From the NCBI GenBank assembly GCA_038060895.1, contig JBBTCT010000009.1, forward strand, positions 272,082 through 336,081: DNA of 64,000 bases. The letters are read 5' to 3'. Position numbers and translations under genes: made by a program. Below, one piece after another: positions 19,488-29,272 of the stretch (the stretch's first letter is position 1; every line of letters begins with the position of its first letter). The notes under the pieces were generated by a model. It was given only the letters and a program-made list of their open reading frames with translations, was not told the DNA's origin and did not search any database. This DNA is from Planctomycetota bacterium (GTDB lineage: Bacteria > Planctomycetota > MHYJ01 > WSZJ01).

Positions 19488-20165
19488 ATGAAGCGGCACT
19501 TCGACGAAGAGCTGGCGCAGGTCAAGGAGCGGCTTCTCCGCATGGGGGCCAATGCTGAGAAGATGATCCATCTTTCCGCGAAGGACCTGCTGGCGCGGAC
19601 GGAATCGGACCGGGCGGAGCTGGAGCGGCTCGAGAAGGACGTCAACAGCCTGGAGATGGAAATCGACGACCGGGTCGTCAAGCTGATCGCGCTCCGTCAG
19701 CCGATGGCCACGGACCTGCGCTTCCTGATGATGGCCAGCCGCATCGCGGGCGAGCTGGAGCGGATTGCGGACCAGTCGATCAACATCATCGAGACGACGC
19801 ACTGGTACCTGTCCGGTCCACCGTTGAAGCCGATCATGGATCTGCCGCTGATGGCGGAGATCGTGCAGGAGATGCTGCGGGACTGCCTGGACGCATTTGT
19901 GAGGCAGGACGTGGGGGCGGCGAAGCGGGTGCTGGAGAGCGACGACAAGGTGGACACGTGCAAGAAGCGGATCTTCGACGAGATGATCGCGACGATGGAG
20001 GGCGATCCTCAGACGGTCAGGCGCGGGGTGTGCATCGTGCTGATTTCGCGGAACCTGGAACGGATCGGGGACCACGCGACGAATATTGCGGAAGAAGTCA
20101 TCTACATGGTGGAGGCGCGGGACGTGCGCCACCACCACGGGGAAGAATCGAAGCCAGGGGAATGA
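19488..20165 (+). CDS. phoU: Phosphate signalling protein PhoU
   Basis: QPMATDLR, ELERIAD, NLERIGDHATNIAE. Confidence 0.95.
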   Translation: MKRHFDEELAQVKERLLRMGANAEKMIHLSAKDLLARTESDRAELERLEKDVNSLEMEIDDRVVKLIALRQPMATDLRFLMMASRIAGELERIADQSINIIETTHWYLSGPPLKPIMDLPLMAEIVQEMLRDCLDAFVRQDVGAAKRVLESDDKVDTCKKRIFDEMIATMEGDPQTVRRGVCIVLISRNLERIGDHATNIAEEVIYMVEARDVRHHHGEESKPGE

Positions 20166-20181
20166 AAGGACGGGATGGAGT

Positions 20182-20871
20182 TTGGCGAAAATACTGGTGA
20201 TCGACGACGAAGCAGACCTCGTCACGCTCGTGAAGTTCAACCTCGAAAGGGAGGGCTGGAAGGTCAGGTCCGCAGCGGACGGCGCGTCCGGGCTCGATGC
20301 GGCGAAGCGGGATCTGCCGGACCTGATCCTGCTGGACCTCATGTTGCCCGGAATGGACGGGCTGGAGGTCTGCAAACGGCTTCGTTCGGAGCCGCGGACG
20401 GCGCGCATTCCTGTGATCATGCTCACCGCGAAGGGCGGGGAGTCGGACCGCGTGGTCGGGCTGGAGATGGGCGCCGATGACTACGTCGCGAAACCTTTCA
20501 GCCCACGGGAACTCGTTGCGCGCGTCAAGGCGGTGCTCCGCCGGGCTTCCGGCCCCGCGGAGGGAGAAGACGCGGCAGGGGTTTCCCATGGTGACCTTCA
20601 GCTGGACCCGGGACGGCACGAAGTCCTCGTAAAAGGAAAGCCGGTCACGCTGACCGCCACGGAATTCCGGCTGCTGCATACCCTCCTCAAGCGGCCCGGG
20701 CAGGTCTTTTCGAGAGACCGGCTCATCGACGGCGCCATCGGCGAGGACGCCCACGTCGTCGACCGCACGATCGACGTGCACGTCACCGCGCTTCGCAAGA
20801 AACTCGGAAAGTCCGGCGCCATGATCGAGACGGTCCGTGGCGTCGGCTACCGCGTGAAAGACGAGGGATAG
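20182..20871 (+). CDS. phoB: OmpR-family response regulator (PhoB/PhoP)
   Basis: ILVIDDE, DLILLDLMLPGMDG, GADDYVAKPFS, DRTIDVHV, ETVRGVGY; TTG start after GGAG. Confidence 0.9.
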   Translation: MAKILVIDDEADLVTLVKFNLEREGWKVRSAADGASGLDAAKRDLPDLILLDLMLPGMDGLEVCKRLRSEPRTARIPVIMLTAKGGESDRVVGLEMGADDYVAKPFSPRELVARVKAVLRRASGPAEGEDAAGVSHGDLQLDPGRHEVLVKGKPVTLTATEFRLLHTLLKRPGQVFSRDRLIDGAIGEDAHVVDRTIDVHVTALRKKLGKSGAMIETVRGVGYRVKDEG

Positions 20872-20877
20872 GCTCGC

Positions 20878-22590
20878 ATGCTCACCGACCCCGCGTTCCG
20901 GCGCACCTTTCTTACGGCCGCGCTGCTCTCAGGGGTCGGTATGGCGGCGATAGCGGGAACCCTCTGCTGGCAGCAGGAAACGGCACACGAAATCCTCGTG
21001 CGGTCGAAGATGGCGCACGAGGCCGTGCTCGTTTCCGTGCATTGCTCTACTCGTTTCTTGCCGGCTCAGCCGCGCTTGCTCGAGGCCGAACTCGGCCCCC
21101 TCGCCCGCTCGCTGGGCGCCCGCATCGACGTCTACGACCCGTCGAACGGCAGCGTTCTGGCCTCGGGAGACGCGGGAAGCGGCGTCACGGCGTTCAAGTC
21201 TTCGCCGGCCGGCGGAGATTTTCGCGGCCCGGACGGCGCGGGGCGGGAAGTGGTCTCGGCGACGTTCGGCCCGGTCCCGTTGAACCGGGGCCGGGGGATT
21301 GAAGTGCGGGTCACGCGCCTCGCGGAGGTGGTCGACGCGCCGCTTCGAGAGTCTCAACGCCGGATCGCAGGCGCAGCCGCGGCAGCCTGGATCGCATCTC
21401 TCGCCATTTTCTTCATGGCGTTCTCTTCCATCCACGCGCGCGCAGCTTCGCTCCGGCTCGCGCTCAACGAACCCAAGGCAATCCTCCCGCCAGACCTCGG
21501 CGGCGTCCTCGGCGACATCGCCCGACGGACCGCGGGGCTTCTAGAGGAGTCCCGCGACGTCCAGAAGGACCGAAGCGCGATCCGGACCGAGGCAGACGCG
21601 ATCCTGGGCGGCATGACGGAAGGCGTCATTGCCGTCGACCGCGAGGGGCGCCTGAGGATCGTGAACGCGGCCGCGGCAGAGATCCTGGGGCTGGGCGGGG
21701 GCACGACGCTGGGCCAGCCGATCGGCGGCGTGGTGCGCTTCGAGGGGATCGCCGAAGCCGCCGCCAGGGCCGCGGGCGGGGCAGAACGGACCATCCGGGT
21801 CGACATTCCGGGGCCGCCACCGCGCGTGCTCGAGGTCCATGCGGAGCCGATTCCACAGGCCGGCGGAGCGGTGCTGGTGCTTCGCGATGTTTCGGAGGAA
21901 GCGAAGTACGCGGACATGCGCCGCGATTTCGTCGCGGCGGCATCGCACGAACTTCGGACTCCGATCGCCGTCATCCGGGCCGCCGCGGAAACCCTTCAGG
22001 ACGGCGCGTTGGAGCAGCCGGCACAGGCGAAGCAATTCCTCGACTCGATTCACCGGCACGCGCTGTCGATGGAAGCCCTGATCAAGGACCTGCTCGACCT
22101 GGGCAAGCTCGAGTCGCGCCCGGACCTGACGCTGCGCCCGACCGACGTCGCGCAGGTGCTGGACCGCGCGGTCGCGCTTCATGAGCCGGAGGCGAAGAAG
22201 CGCCGCCACGAAATCAAGGTTGCTGCGGCGGACACCCTTCCGCGCCTCATCGCCGATGCATCCCTCCTGGAGCGGGCCTTCTCGAACATTGTGGAAAACG
22301 CGGTCCGGTACACGCCGGACGAAGGGAAGATCTCTATCCGCGTGACGGCTGAGGGCGACAAGGTGCGGGTCGAGATTGAGGACACGGGGGCCGGAATCCC
22401 GGAGAAGGAACTCAAGAGGATCTTCGAGAGGTTCTATCGCGTCGACCGTTCGCGCTCACGGGAGCAGGGCGGCACCGGTCTCGGGCTCGCGATCGTGAAG
22501 CACGTTGTTCAGCTGCACAAAGGCGAGGTGTGGGCTGAGAGTGGGGCGGGGAAGGGAGCGAAATTCATCGTGGTACTGCCCGGGATCTAA
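20878..22590 (+). CDS. phoR: PAS-containing sensor histidine kinase (PhoR-like)
   Basis: Two TM segments, PAS (EGVIAVD), SHELRTP H-box, ENAVRY, FERFYRVD, GGTGLGL. Confidence 0.9.
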   Translation: MLTDPAFRRTFLTAALLSGVGMAAIAGTLCWQQETAHEILVRSKMAHEAVLVSVHCSTRFLPAQPRLLEAELGPLARSLGARIDVYDPSNGSVLASGDAGSGVTAFKSSPAGGDFRGPDGAGREVVSATFGPVPLNRGRGIEVRVTRLAEVVDAPLRESQRRIAGAAAAAWIASLAIFFMAFSSIHARAASLRLALNEPKAILPPDLGGVLGDIARRTAGLLEESRDVQKDRSAIRTEADAILGGMTEGVIAVDREGRLRIVNAAAAEILGLGGGTTLGQPIGGVVRFEGIAEAAARAAGGAERTIRVDIPGPPPRVLEVHAEPIPQAGGAVLVLRDVSEEAKYADMRRDFVAAASHELRTPIAVIRAAAETLQDGALEQPAQAKQFLDSIHRHALSMEALIKDLLDLGKLESRPDLTLRPTDVAQVLDRAVALHEPEAKKRRHEIKVAAADTLPRLIADASLLERAFSNIVENAVRYTPDEGKISIRVTAEGDKVRVEIEDTGAGIPEKELKRIFERFYRVDRSRSREQGGTGLGLAIVKHVVQLHKGEVWAESGAGKGAKFIVVLPGI

Positions 22591-22707
22591 CAAACGGCGC
22601 TTCCGGGATTCTCCCTGGTCGCCATCGCTGGGGCCTTTTTCTTCCGACCAGAGCCCTCCTGGGTTCATCCTCTGTCCTGCGGTTTCTGATGCAGGACATG
22701 TCCGGAT

Positions 22708-23937
22708 CTACCAGCCGTAGTCCCCGATGCTCGCCGGGACCATCCGGTCCGTCGGCGTATCAGGCGCGAGCTGAATCGCGTAGCCCATCGGCGCGGGATC
22801 GAAGTCGTTGTTCCGGAAGTTGTAGCGTGTGCCGCCCCAGCGGGTGCCGGTGCTGGTGAGGTCGAGTGAAATGAAGCGGCGGCCCTGGAGGCTCCAGACG
22901 CCGCGGCCGAGGATGGTGCCGCGGTAACCGCGCTCCTGATCTTTTTCTCCGGTGTCGTCGGCGGCCCAGCGGCCCTTGTGGACCAGTTCAACCGGGCCTT
23001 CGTAGCGGACGGTGACCCTGTCTCCCTTGACGGACTCGATCGTGGCCTTGAGTGACGCCTGCTTCACGGCCTCATCGGGAAAAGCGTTCGTCTGGCCGCG
23101 GACGTTATCGACGAAGTGGCACCGCACGAGCCGCCGGACCAGCGCCTCCGGAACCTCGCGGTAAGCGCCTTTCGAAGTGGACTCCGGCATCCATGACGTC
23201 ATCTCGTCCTTGAGGAACCACGCGTAGTCGATGTTCCATGCGGGATCGCGCCAGTCGCCGAATTTCTTTTCGCGCGGGAGGTCGCGGGAGTACACGCGCA
23301 ACGCCATTCCGTCCCCAGGGTAGCGGTCCTCCCAGCGGCCCTTGATTTCCTCCGGTTTCTCCTTCAGGAGGCGCCGGTCCTTCGGCAGGTCTTCCCAGGC
23401 CTTCAGCGCTTCCTTGAGCATCCGTTCCACGGCGTCGGCACTCGTCGAGTTCACGCTTGCCAGGAACTCGCCGGACGGCGCCAGCGCGTAGATGCCTTGC
23501 CGCGTCGCGTCCATCGGGTTGCCGGCGTAGTGGCCTTTCTCGGAGACGAGACGGAAGTGTTTACCCGCGGGGCCCTGGTTGCGGTGAAGGGTGTGGACTT
23601 CGTCGGTCGCGGGGATGAACGATTTCATCAGTTCCTGGACATCGGGTTCCGCCCAGACGGACCGCCGGGCGCGGACGCCGTTGTTTCAGGTGCAGGCGAG
23701 CGGGTGCCCGTTCATCGTCCAGAGGAGAACGGGCCGGCCGGCCTTGTTTCCGTCGAGCACCGCGGTCCAATAAGAGGTGCGCCACGGGATGGCGCGCCAC
23801 TTCTCTTCGTCGGGCTTCGGGAGAATCGTCTCCCGCATTGCGGCGAGGTTCTTTTCCGTCAGGACGGGATCGGCTGGCTGCGCGGACGCCTGCAGGCCTG
23901 CGAGGAGGAGAAGAGCGGCGGCGTGAGGGCGCATCAT
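22708..23937 (-). CDS. Putative exported thioredoxin-like selenoprotein (409 aa, Sec84 in C-T-U)
   Basis: ORFs 23686..24081 and 22708..23628 share a frame and are joined by one TGA: ...WTMNGHPLACT-TGA-NNGVRARRSVWAEPDVQELMKSF...; signal peptide MMRPHAAALLLLAGLQASA; hairpin downstream. Confidence 0.78.
23651..23670 (-). promoter_or_regulatory. Candidate SECIS hairpin
   Basis: mRNA GCCCGGC-GGUCC-GUCUGGGC at +16..+35 after the UGA; G-led loop. Confidence 0.62.
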
Positions 23938-24079
23938 GTCCCGGCATCTTAACCGGGCACACTGAAGGACGTACCGCGGGATCAAACGTTTCAGGCATCC
24001 GGTGGTCGACGGGCCGTTACGCGGGTCGCGCGGTTCGGTTACGATGATTGCGGTCCGGGGGGACCGGAGAACCCACTTC

Positions 24080-25483
24080 ATGCGCCAGCTTGCCGCATTT
24101 TTCTGCCTGATGGCCGCCGCGGCCGCCGCGGAAACCCCGTACCGCGACCTCCGCCGGCCGCCGATTCAGCGCCCCTACAAGTCGCTCGTCATTGAATGGA
24201 TTTCGCAGGAGCCGAAGAACAGTGTTTCGAAGGACGGCGATTCCAGCGGACCTTCGGAAGGGCAGTCGCTTTCCTACACCGCGCACCTGCGGAATCTGGG
24301 TTCCGTGAACACGGAGCCGGTGATGGTGCGGTGGTTCGTGGATGGCCTTCAGAAGTCCACCGGGACGATCCCCGGGATCGGGGCGGGCCAGCGTTCGACC
24401 GCGACCTTTGCGTGGACGGCGGCCGAGGGCCGGCACTGGATCCAGTGCGAGCTGCTCGGGCACGAGGAGTGGCTGACGATCGCCAGCGACGGGCTGACGG
24501 TGAAGGTGCTCGTCGAAAAAAAAACATTGGAGAAGTACGAGGACGAATTCGGCTCGTTCGCGCGCCGCTTCCAGGATTCATTCTCGGGCCTCCACGCCTC
24601 GTGGTCGGCCGTCCGCGACGCCCGGTTCGCTCCTGAAGGGATCGACGAGCGCCTCCGGATCGACGACGTCGCCGTCTACGAACGCGGCGGCAAGGATGCC
24701 GAGGTCCCGAAGGAATTCTGGGATCACCCCGACTTCGACCTCGAGATCGCCTGCGACCAGGGAGGCCCGATCGCCGGCTTCTACATCCCGGGTTACTCGA
24801 TCGGCCACAACTACTCCGGGAACCCCGGCCACGAATCCCTCTTCTCAGACTGGGGCGAGAACTGCCTCTGGCACGAGATCGGACATTTCCGCGGCGTGCA
24901 GGACTTCTACATCTTCCCGACGAAAGAGGGCGACGTCGGCAAGCTCGACGCCGCCGGGAACCCCCTGGAACTCCTCACCCTGCGCCCGGAATTCGCCGAC
25001 GACACCATGAACTCGCCGTACAAGCCGACCCGCTGGAACGAGTACTCGACGGCGGTGATTCGCATGAAGCGCGGCATTTCGCGCGTCGGGCGATGCGAGG
25101 ATCCGGCCAACACCTTCGGGCACATGTGGCGCCACGTCCCGGCGGCGGTGGAAATCCAGGTCATCGGGGAGGAAGGCAGGCCGGTGAAGTACGCCGAAGT
25201 CGAGGTTTACCGGCCGGTGCTCGGAGAAGATGGACGTGCCCGGGTCGCGAAAGACGCGAAGCCCCTGTACGAGGGAGCGGTCGATGACCAGGGACACTTC
25301 ATACTCGGCGACGATCCTTTCGGGAAGCGCAAGGCCGAGGCAAATCGCGCGCCCTGGGTGCTGATCCTGATCCGGAGAGAAGGAGTGATTCGCGGGCGGT
25401 ACCTGACCCTCATGGACATGAACCTGGCGTACTGGAAAGACCAGAAAGAGAAGGCCATTTTCCAGGTCGTCTGGAACAAGTGA
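24080..25483 (+). CDS. Exported protein with CARDB/Ig-like domain and HExxH metalloprotease motif
   Basis: Signal peptide MRQLAAFFCLMAAAAAA; TAHLRNLGS...VRWFVDG Ig-like segment; LWHEIGHF. Confidence 0.65.
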   Translation: MRQLAAFFCLMAAAAAAETPYRDLRRPPIQRPYKSLVIEWISQEPKNSVSKDGDSSGPSEGQSLSYTAHLRNLGSVNTEPVMVRWFVDGLQKSTGTIPGIGAGQRSTATFAWTAAEGRHWIQCELLGHEEWLTIASDGLTVKVLVEKKTLEKYEDEFGSFARRFQDSFSGLHASWSAVRDARFAPEGIDERLRIDDVAVYERGGKDAEVPKEFWDHPDFDLEIACDQGGPIAGFYIPGYSIGHNYSGNPGHESLFSDWGENCLWHEIGHFRGVQDFYIFPTKEGDVGKLDAAGNPLELLTLRPEFADDTMNSPYKPTRWNEYSTAVIRMKRGISRVGRCEDPANTFGHMWRHVPAAVEIQVIGEEGRPVKYAEVEVYRPVLGEDGRARVAKDAKPLYEGAVDDQGHFILGDDPFGKRKAEANRAPWVLILIRREGVIRGRYLTLMDMNLAYWKDQKEKAIFQVVWNK

Positions 25484-26583
25484 CAATCTGTCGAGAGAGC
25501 CGAATGAATCGCGGGAAGCGGGGTGGGGGAGTGGGACAGTTGACGGCGAAACGGGCGGACCAGAAGACGCTTAAGGTCTTCGCGCCCGGCCGCGTCAACC
25601 TGATCGGCGAGCACGTCGATTACTCGGGCGGCCCGGTCCTCCCGTTTCCTCTTCCCGGGCTCGGGACGACCATCTCGGGAAGGCGTTCGCCTGAGCTGCG
25701 GGCGACCAGCGACGCGTGCAGCGGCGCGGTGCGGCTTCACGCAGCGCAGCGCGGGCGCGGCTGGGGGTTGTACCTTTCCGCCGCATGGGACGCGCTTCGC
25801 GTCAAGTGCCCCGGAGTGGGAGGCTGGACGGGCGCGGTCTCCAGCAACCTGCCGATCGGCGCCGGACTCTCCTCGTCGGCGTCTCTCCTGGTCGCCGCGC
25901 TCCAGCTCTGGAACCGGTTGTACTCGCTTCGACTGGGCCCTCCCGACATCGCACACCTCGCCTGGCTCGCAGAAACGCGCGGCGTCGGGAAGCCCGTCGG
26001 GCCCATGGACCCCTACGCCATCGCCCTCGGCCGCGCCGGCTCCGCCCTGCTCTTCGATTGCGCTTCCCTGAACGGCCGCCACGTGCCGCTCCCGCCCGCC
26101 TACGCGGTGGTCTTTCATTCGGGGATTTCCCGGGCGCTTGCGGGGAGCCAGTACGGGAAGCGGCGGGCGCAGTGCGAGGCCGCGGCGAAGTCGCTCGGCG
26201 TGCGCCGGCTCGCGCAGGCCCGGGAAGAGGACTTGTGGCGGCTGAAGGGCGCGGAGCATAAACGCGCGAAACATGTGGTCGGCGAGTGCAGCCGCGTGCA
26301 CTCCGCGGCGCGATTGATGAAACGGGGCGAAACACGGTTTCTCGGGAATCTCCTGATCACGTCCCACGAGTCGCTTCGCACGGACCACGAGGTTTCTCTT
26401 CCCGCCGTCGATCGCCAGGTTCTGGAAGCGCGCGCCGCGGGTGCTCTGGGCGCGCGCATGGTCGGAGGCGGTTTCGGCGGAGCGATCCTCGCGATTTTCG
26501 AAAAGGGGGATCCACGCGGTCCACGCTTCGCCCGCTGCCAGCGCCGGGTCCTCTGGTCTGGGGACTGGCGCGCAAAGACCTAA
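25480..26583 (+). CDS. galK: Galactokinase-like GHMP kinase (start uncertain)
   Basis: APGRVNLIGEHVDY, PIGAGLSSSAS, SHESLRTDHEVS, GARMVGGGFGG. Confidence 0.8.
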   Translation: MTICRESRMNRGKRGGGVGQLTAKRADQKTLKVFAPGRVNLIGEHVDYSGGPVLPFPLPGLGTTISGRRSPELRATSDACSGAVRLHAAQRGRGWGLYLSAAWDALRVKCPGVGGWTGAVSSNLPIGAGLSSSASLLVAALQLWNRLYSLRLGPPDIAHLAWLAETRGVGKPVGPMDPYAIALGRAGSALLFDCASLNGRHVPLPPAYAVVFHSGISRALAGSQYGKRRAQCEAAAKSLGVRRLAQAREEDLWRLKGAEHKRAKHVVGECSRVHSAARLMKRGETRFLGNLLITSHESLRTDHEVSLPAVDRQVLEARAAGALGARMVGGGFGGAILAIFEKGDPRGPRFARCQRRVLWSGDWRAKT

Positions 26584-26627
26584 GGGAAGGAAGCCCGCGG
26601 CTCCCGGCCCTTCCGGGATCGGACGGG

Positions 26628-27026
26628 CTACCGTCCCGAGATGCCCAGGACATTTCCTTCAGGGTCCGCGAACGAAGCGCACCGGATGTCGTCACAGACT
26701 GCCTCGGCCTGGCGGACGATTTTGACCCCGCGGGAGACCAGGGCGTTGACGGTGTCATCCACGTTGCCGACGTTGAAAGAGATGCCGGTGTCGCGCGGCT
26801 TCGCGTCGTCGGAATGATGGAGCGCGAAGGTCGCGCCCTCGGTCTTGAACTCGCTCCAGCAGTCGCTCTCGTACGAGCAGGGCAGGCCGATCGTGTCGCG
26901 GTAGAAAGCGACGGCCTTCTTCATGTTCTTCACGAACACCATCACGTGTCCGATTCTGCGAGGCAGGAACGATTCCGCGGCGGGGGCGGACTTCCGGGCT
27001 GTCTTCTTCGCTGCTTTCGCGGGCAT
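26628..27026 (-). CDS. VOC/glyoxalase family protein
   Basis: IGHVMVFVKNMKKAVAFYRD, ISFNV, FADPEGN. Confidence 0.85.
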   Translation of the reverse strand: MPAKAAKKTARKSAPAAESFLPRRIGHVMVFVKNMKKAVAFYRDTIGLPCSYESDCWSEFKTEGATFALHHSDDAKPRDTGISFNVGNVDDTVNALVSRGVKIVRQAEAVCDDIRCASFADPEGNVLGISGR

Positions 27027-27146
27027 GAGCGGCACCTCTTCTTGTGGGTGGACGAAGGCTAGAAATTGCCGCGGAGGCCTGTCAATGGAGAACCGGCCTG
27101 CCACGGCGGTAGACGCCCCCTCGACCTCGGCTTAGCATCGCCCAGC

Positions 27147-28589
27147 ATGCCCGACCCCGCATCCGCTTCGGCCGACCTCGCCCGACTCCGCATCGCACGC
27201 GACGACGACGACTCGCGAAGCGGATCTGCGTTCGCGCGCATGGCGATGATCGGAGTGGCCGCGCTGGTCCTCGCCGTAGGGGGATGGGTCGCCTGGGACC
27301 GGCTGCTCCGCCCGCTTCCCGTCGTCGGCGTCTTCCGCGTCCCCGCCACAGCCGCTTCCGCTTCAAAGACGCTCGATGCCAGCGGTTACCTCGTGCCCCA
27401 GCGCCGTGCGGAGGTCGCGACCAAGGTTGCGGGCGTCGTGGCGCGCGTGCTGGTCGATGAAGGCGACACGGTTGCGGAGGGACAGGCGCTCGCCGAACTC
27501 AACGGAGACGCCGAAAAAGCGCGACTCGACGAAGCGGAGGTCGGGGTGCGCGAAGCGAAGGCGCTGCAGGTTTCGGCCTGGAAGGGAATGGACGAGGCGA
27601 AGGCGCAGGTGGAGGCCTCGAAGCGGGCGGTTGAGGAGGCGGCGGCCGGAAAGCCCGCGGCGGCGGAAGCCCTGGAGGAAGCGGCCGCGAAGCGCGAGGA
27701 AGCGAGGCGGGATTTCGAGCGAAAGAAGAAGCTATTTGAGACGAAGGACATCGGCGAGGGCGAGTTCGAAACGGCCGAGGCGGCGTGGAAGTCGGCGGAC
27801 GCACGATGGCGCGGGGCGGAGGCGAACCTCGTGATGGCGGACGCGCGGCTGAAGCAGGCCTCCGCGAACGTCGCCACGGCCGAATCCGGCGTGGAGAGAA
27901 TGAAGGCCGCGGCGGAAGGGGCGGATGCCCGGGCCTCGGCGGCGGAGTCGCGCGTGAAGCAGGCGAAAATCGCGGTGGACGACATGGTCATCCGGTCGCC
28001 GATCGCGGGACGTGTGACGGCGCGAAAGATCCACCCGGGCGAGGCGGCGTCTCCGGCGGGGATCACGACGGGGACTCGCGGCGGGGCGCTCTTCACCGTG
28101 GCGGACTTTTCGACGCTTGAGGCGGAGGTGGACGTCAACGAGTCGCGGCTGTCGGAACTGCGACAGGGGCAACCTGCGCGGATTGCGGTCGATGCCGTCC
28201 CTTCAAAGAGGTACCGCGGCGAGCTGCGGCAGATCGTGCCGACCGCGGATCGGCAGCGGGCGGTCGTCAAGGTCCGCGTGAAGCTCATCGATCCGGACGC
28301 GGCGCTGCTCCCGGAAATGGGGCTACGCGTGACCTTTGTCGAAAACGCCTCTGTTTCCCTCGAGACCCCCGCGCCGCAGATCCCGCGCGAGGCCGTCGTC
28401 CGGGTGGACGGCAAGACCGTCGTGTGGATCGTCGCGGACGGCAAGGCGGCGAGGCGCGACGTGGAGCTTGGGGAAGAAAAGAACGGAAAAGTCGACGTGA
28501 AGAGCGGTTTGTCCGGCGGCGACCTCGTGGTGGTCGCCAATAGAGTTCCGATGTCCGAGGGCCTCAAGGTCAAGGCGGAGGAGAAATGA
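27147..28589 (+). CDS. Efflux periplasmic adaptor subunit (MacA/HlyD-like)
   Basis: Single TM; ASGYLVP, VDEGDTV, IRSPIAG lipoyl halves; long alpha-hairpin; EVDVNE. Confidence 0.88.
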   Translation: MPDPASASADLARLRIARDDDDSRSGSAFARMAMIGVAALVLAVGGWVAWDRLLRPLPVVGVFRVPATAASASKTLDASGYLVPQRRAEVATKVAGVVARVLVDEGDTVAEGQALAELNGDAEKARLDEAEVGVREAKALQVSAWKGMDEAKAQVEASKRAVEEAAAGKPAAAEALEEAAAKREEARRDFERKKKLFETKDIGEGEFETAEAAWKSADARWRGAEANLVMADARLKQASANVATAESGVERMKAAAEGADARASAAESRVKQAKIAVDDMVIRSPIAGRVTARKIHPGEAASPAGITTGTRGGALFTVADFSTLEAEVDVNESRLSELRQGQPARIAVDAVPSKRYRGELRQIVPTADRQRAVVKVRVKLIDPDAALLPEMGLRVTFVENASVSLETPAPQIPREAVVRVDGKTVVWIVADGKAARRDVELGEEKNGKVDVKSGLSGGDLVVVANRVPMSEGLKVKAEEK

Positions 28590-29272
28590 GCGACGTCCTC
28601 GTCGAGGTGGCCGAAGTCACGAAGGACTACCGGCGCGACAAGCAGTCGATCCGGGTGCTGGAAGCGCTGTCGCTGACGATTCCGCGGGGCGATTTCCTGG
28701 CGCTGATGGGACCGAGCGGTTCGGGGAAGACGACCCTCCTCAATCTCATCGCCGGCATCGACCAGCCCACCGCAGGGAGAATCACGGTCGACGGCAAGGT
28801 CATCACCGGGCTCGGCGAAGGCGCATTGGCGAAGTGGCGGTCGCGGACCACCGGCTTCATCTTTCAGCTCTACAACCTCATTCCGGTGCTCACGGCCTAC
28901 GAAAACGTCGAGTTGCCGCTTCTCCTCACGAACCTCTCGCGCAGCGAGCGGCGCCAGCACGTGATGCAGGCGCTCGACATCGTCGGGCTGACCGATCGCG
29001 AAAAGCACTTCCCGCGCCAGCTGTCCGGCGGTCAGGAACAGCGCGTGTCCATCGCCCGGGCCATCGTGGTGGACCCGCTGCTGCTCCTTGCGGACGAACC
29101 GACGGGCGACCTGGATGCGAAATCGGCGGAGGAAGTGCTGACGCTTCTCCAGCGGCTGAACAGGGAATTCAAGAAGACCATCGTCATGGTCACGCACGAC
29201 CCGAAGGCGGCGGCGAGGGCGACCAGGATCCTGCACCTCGAAAAAGGACAACTCGTGGAGAACGCAGCGTAA
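28586..29272 (+). CDS. ABC transporter ATP-binding protein (MacB/LolD type)
   Basis: GPSGSGKTT, GFIFQ, LSGGQEQR, ADEPTGDLD, VTHD. Confidence 0.93.
   Translation: MSDVLVEVAEVTKDYRRDKQSIRVLEALSLTIPRGDFLALMGPSGSGKTTLLNLIAGIDQPTAGRITVDGKVITGLGEGALAKWRSRTTGFIFQLYNLIPVLTAYENVELPLLLTNLSRSERRQHVMQALDIVGLTDREKHFPRQLSGGQEQRVSIARAIVVDPLLLLADEPTGDLDAKSAEEVLTLLQRLNREFKKTIVMVTHDPKAAARATRILHLEKGQLVENAA

Noticed and set aside
25481-25510. Sec read-through at other TGA stops (25483, 34218, 41488, 47616, 55454, 60421)
   Set aside because: These proteins appear complete at the stop, have no adjacent Cys motif, and show no recognisable continuation; several hit another stop within a few codons.
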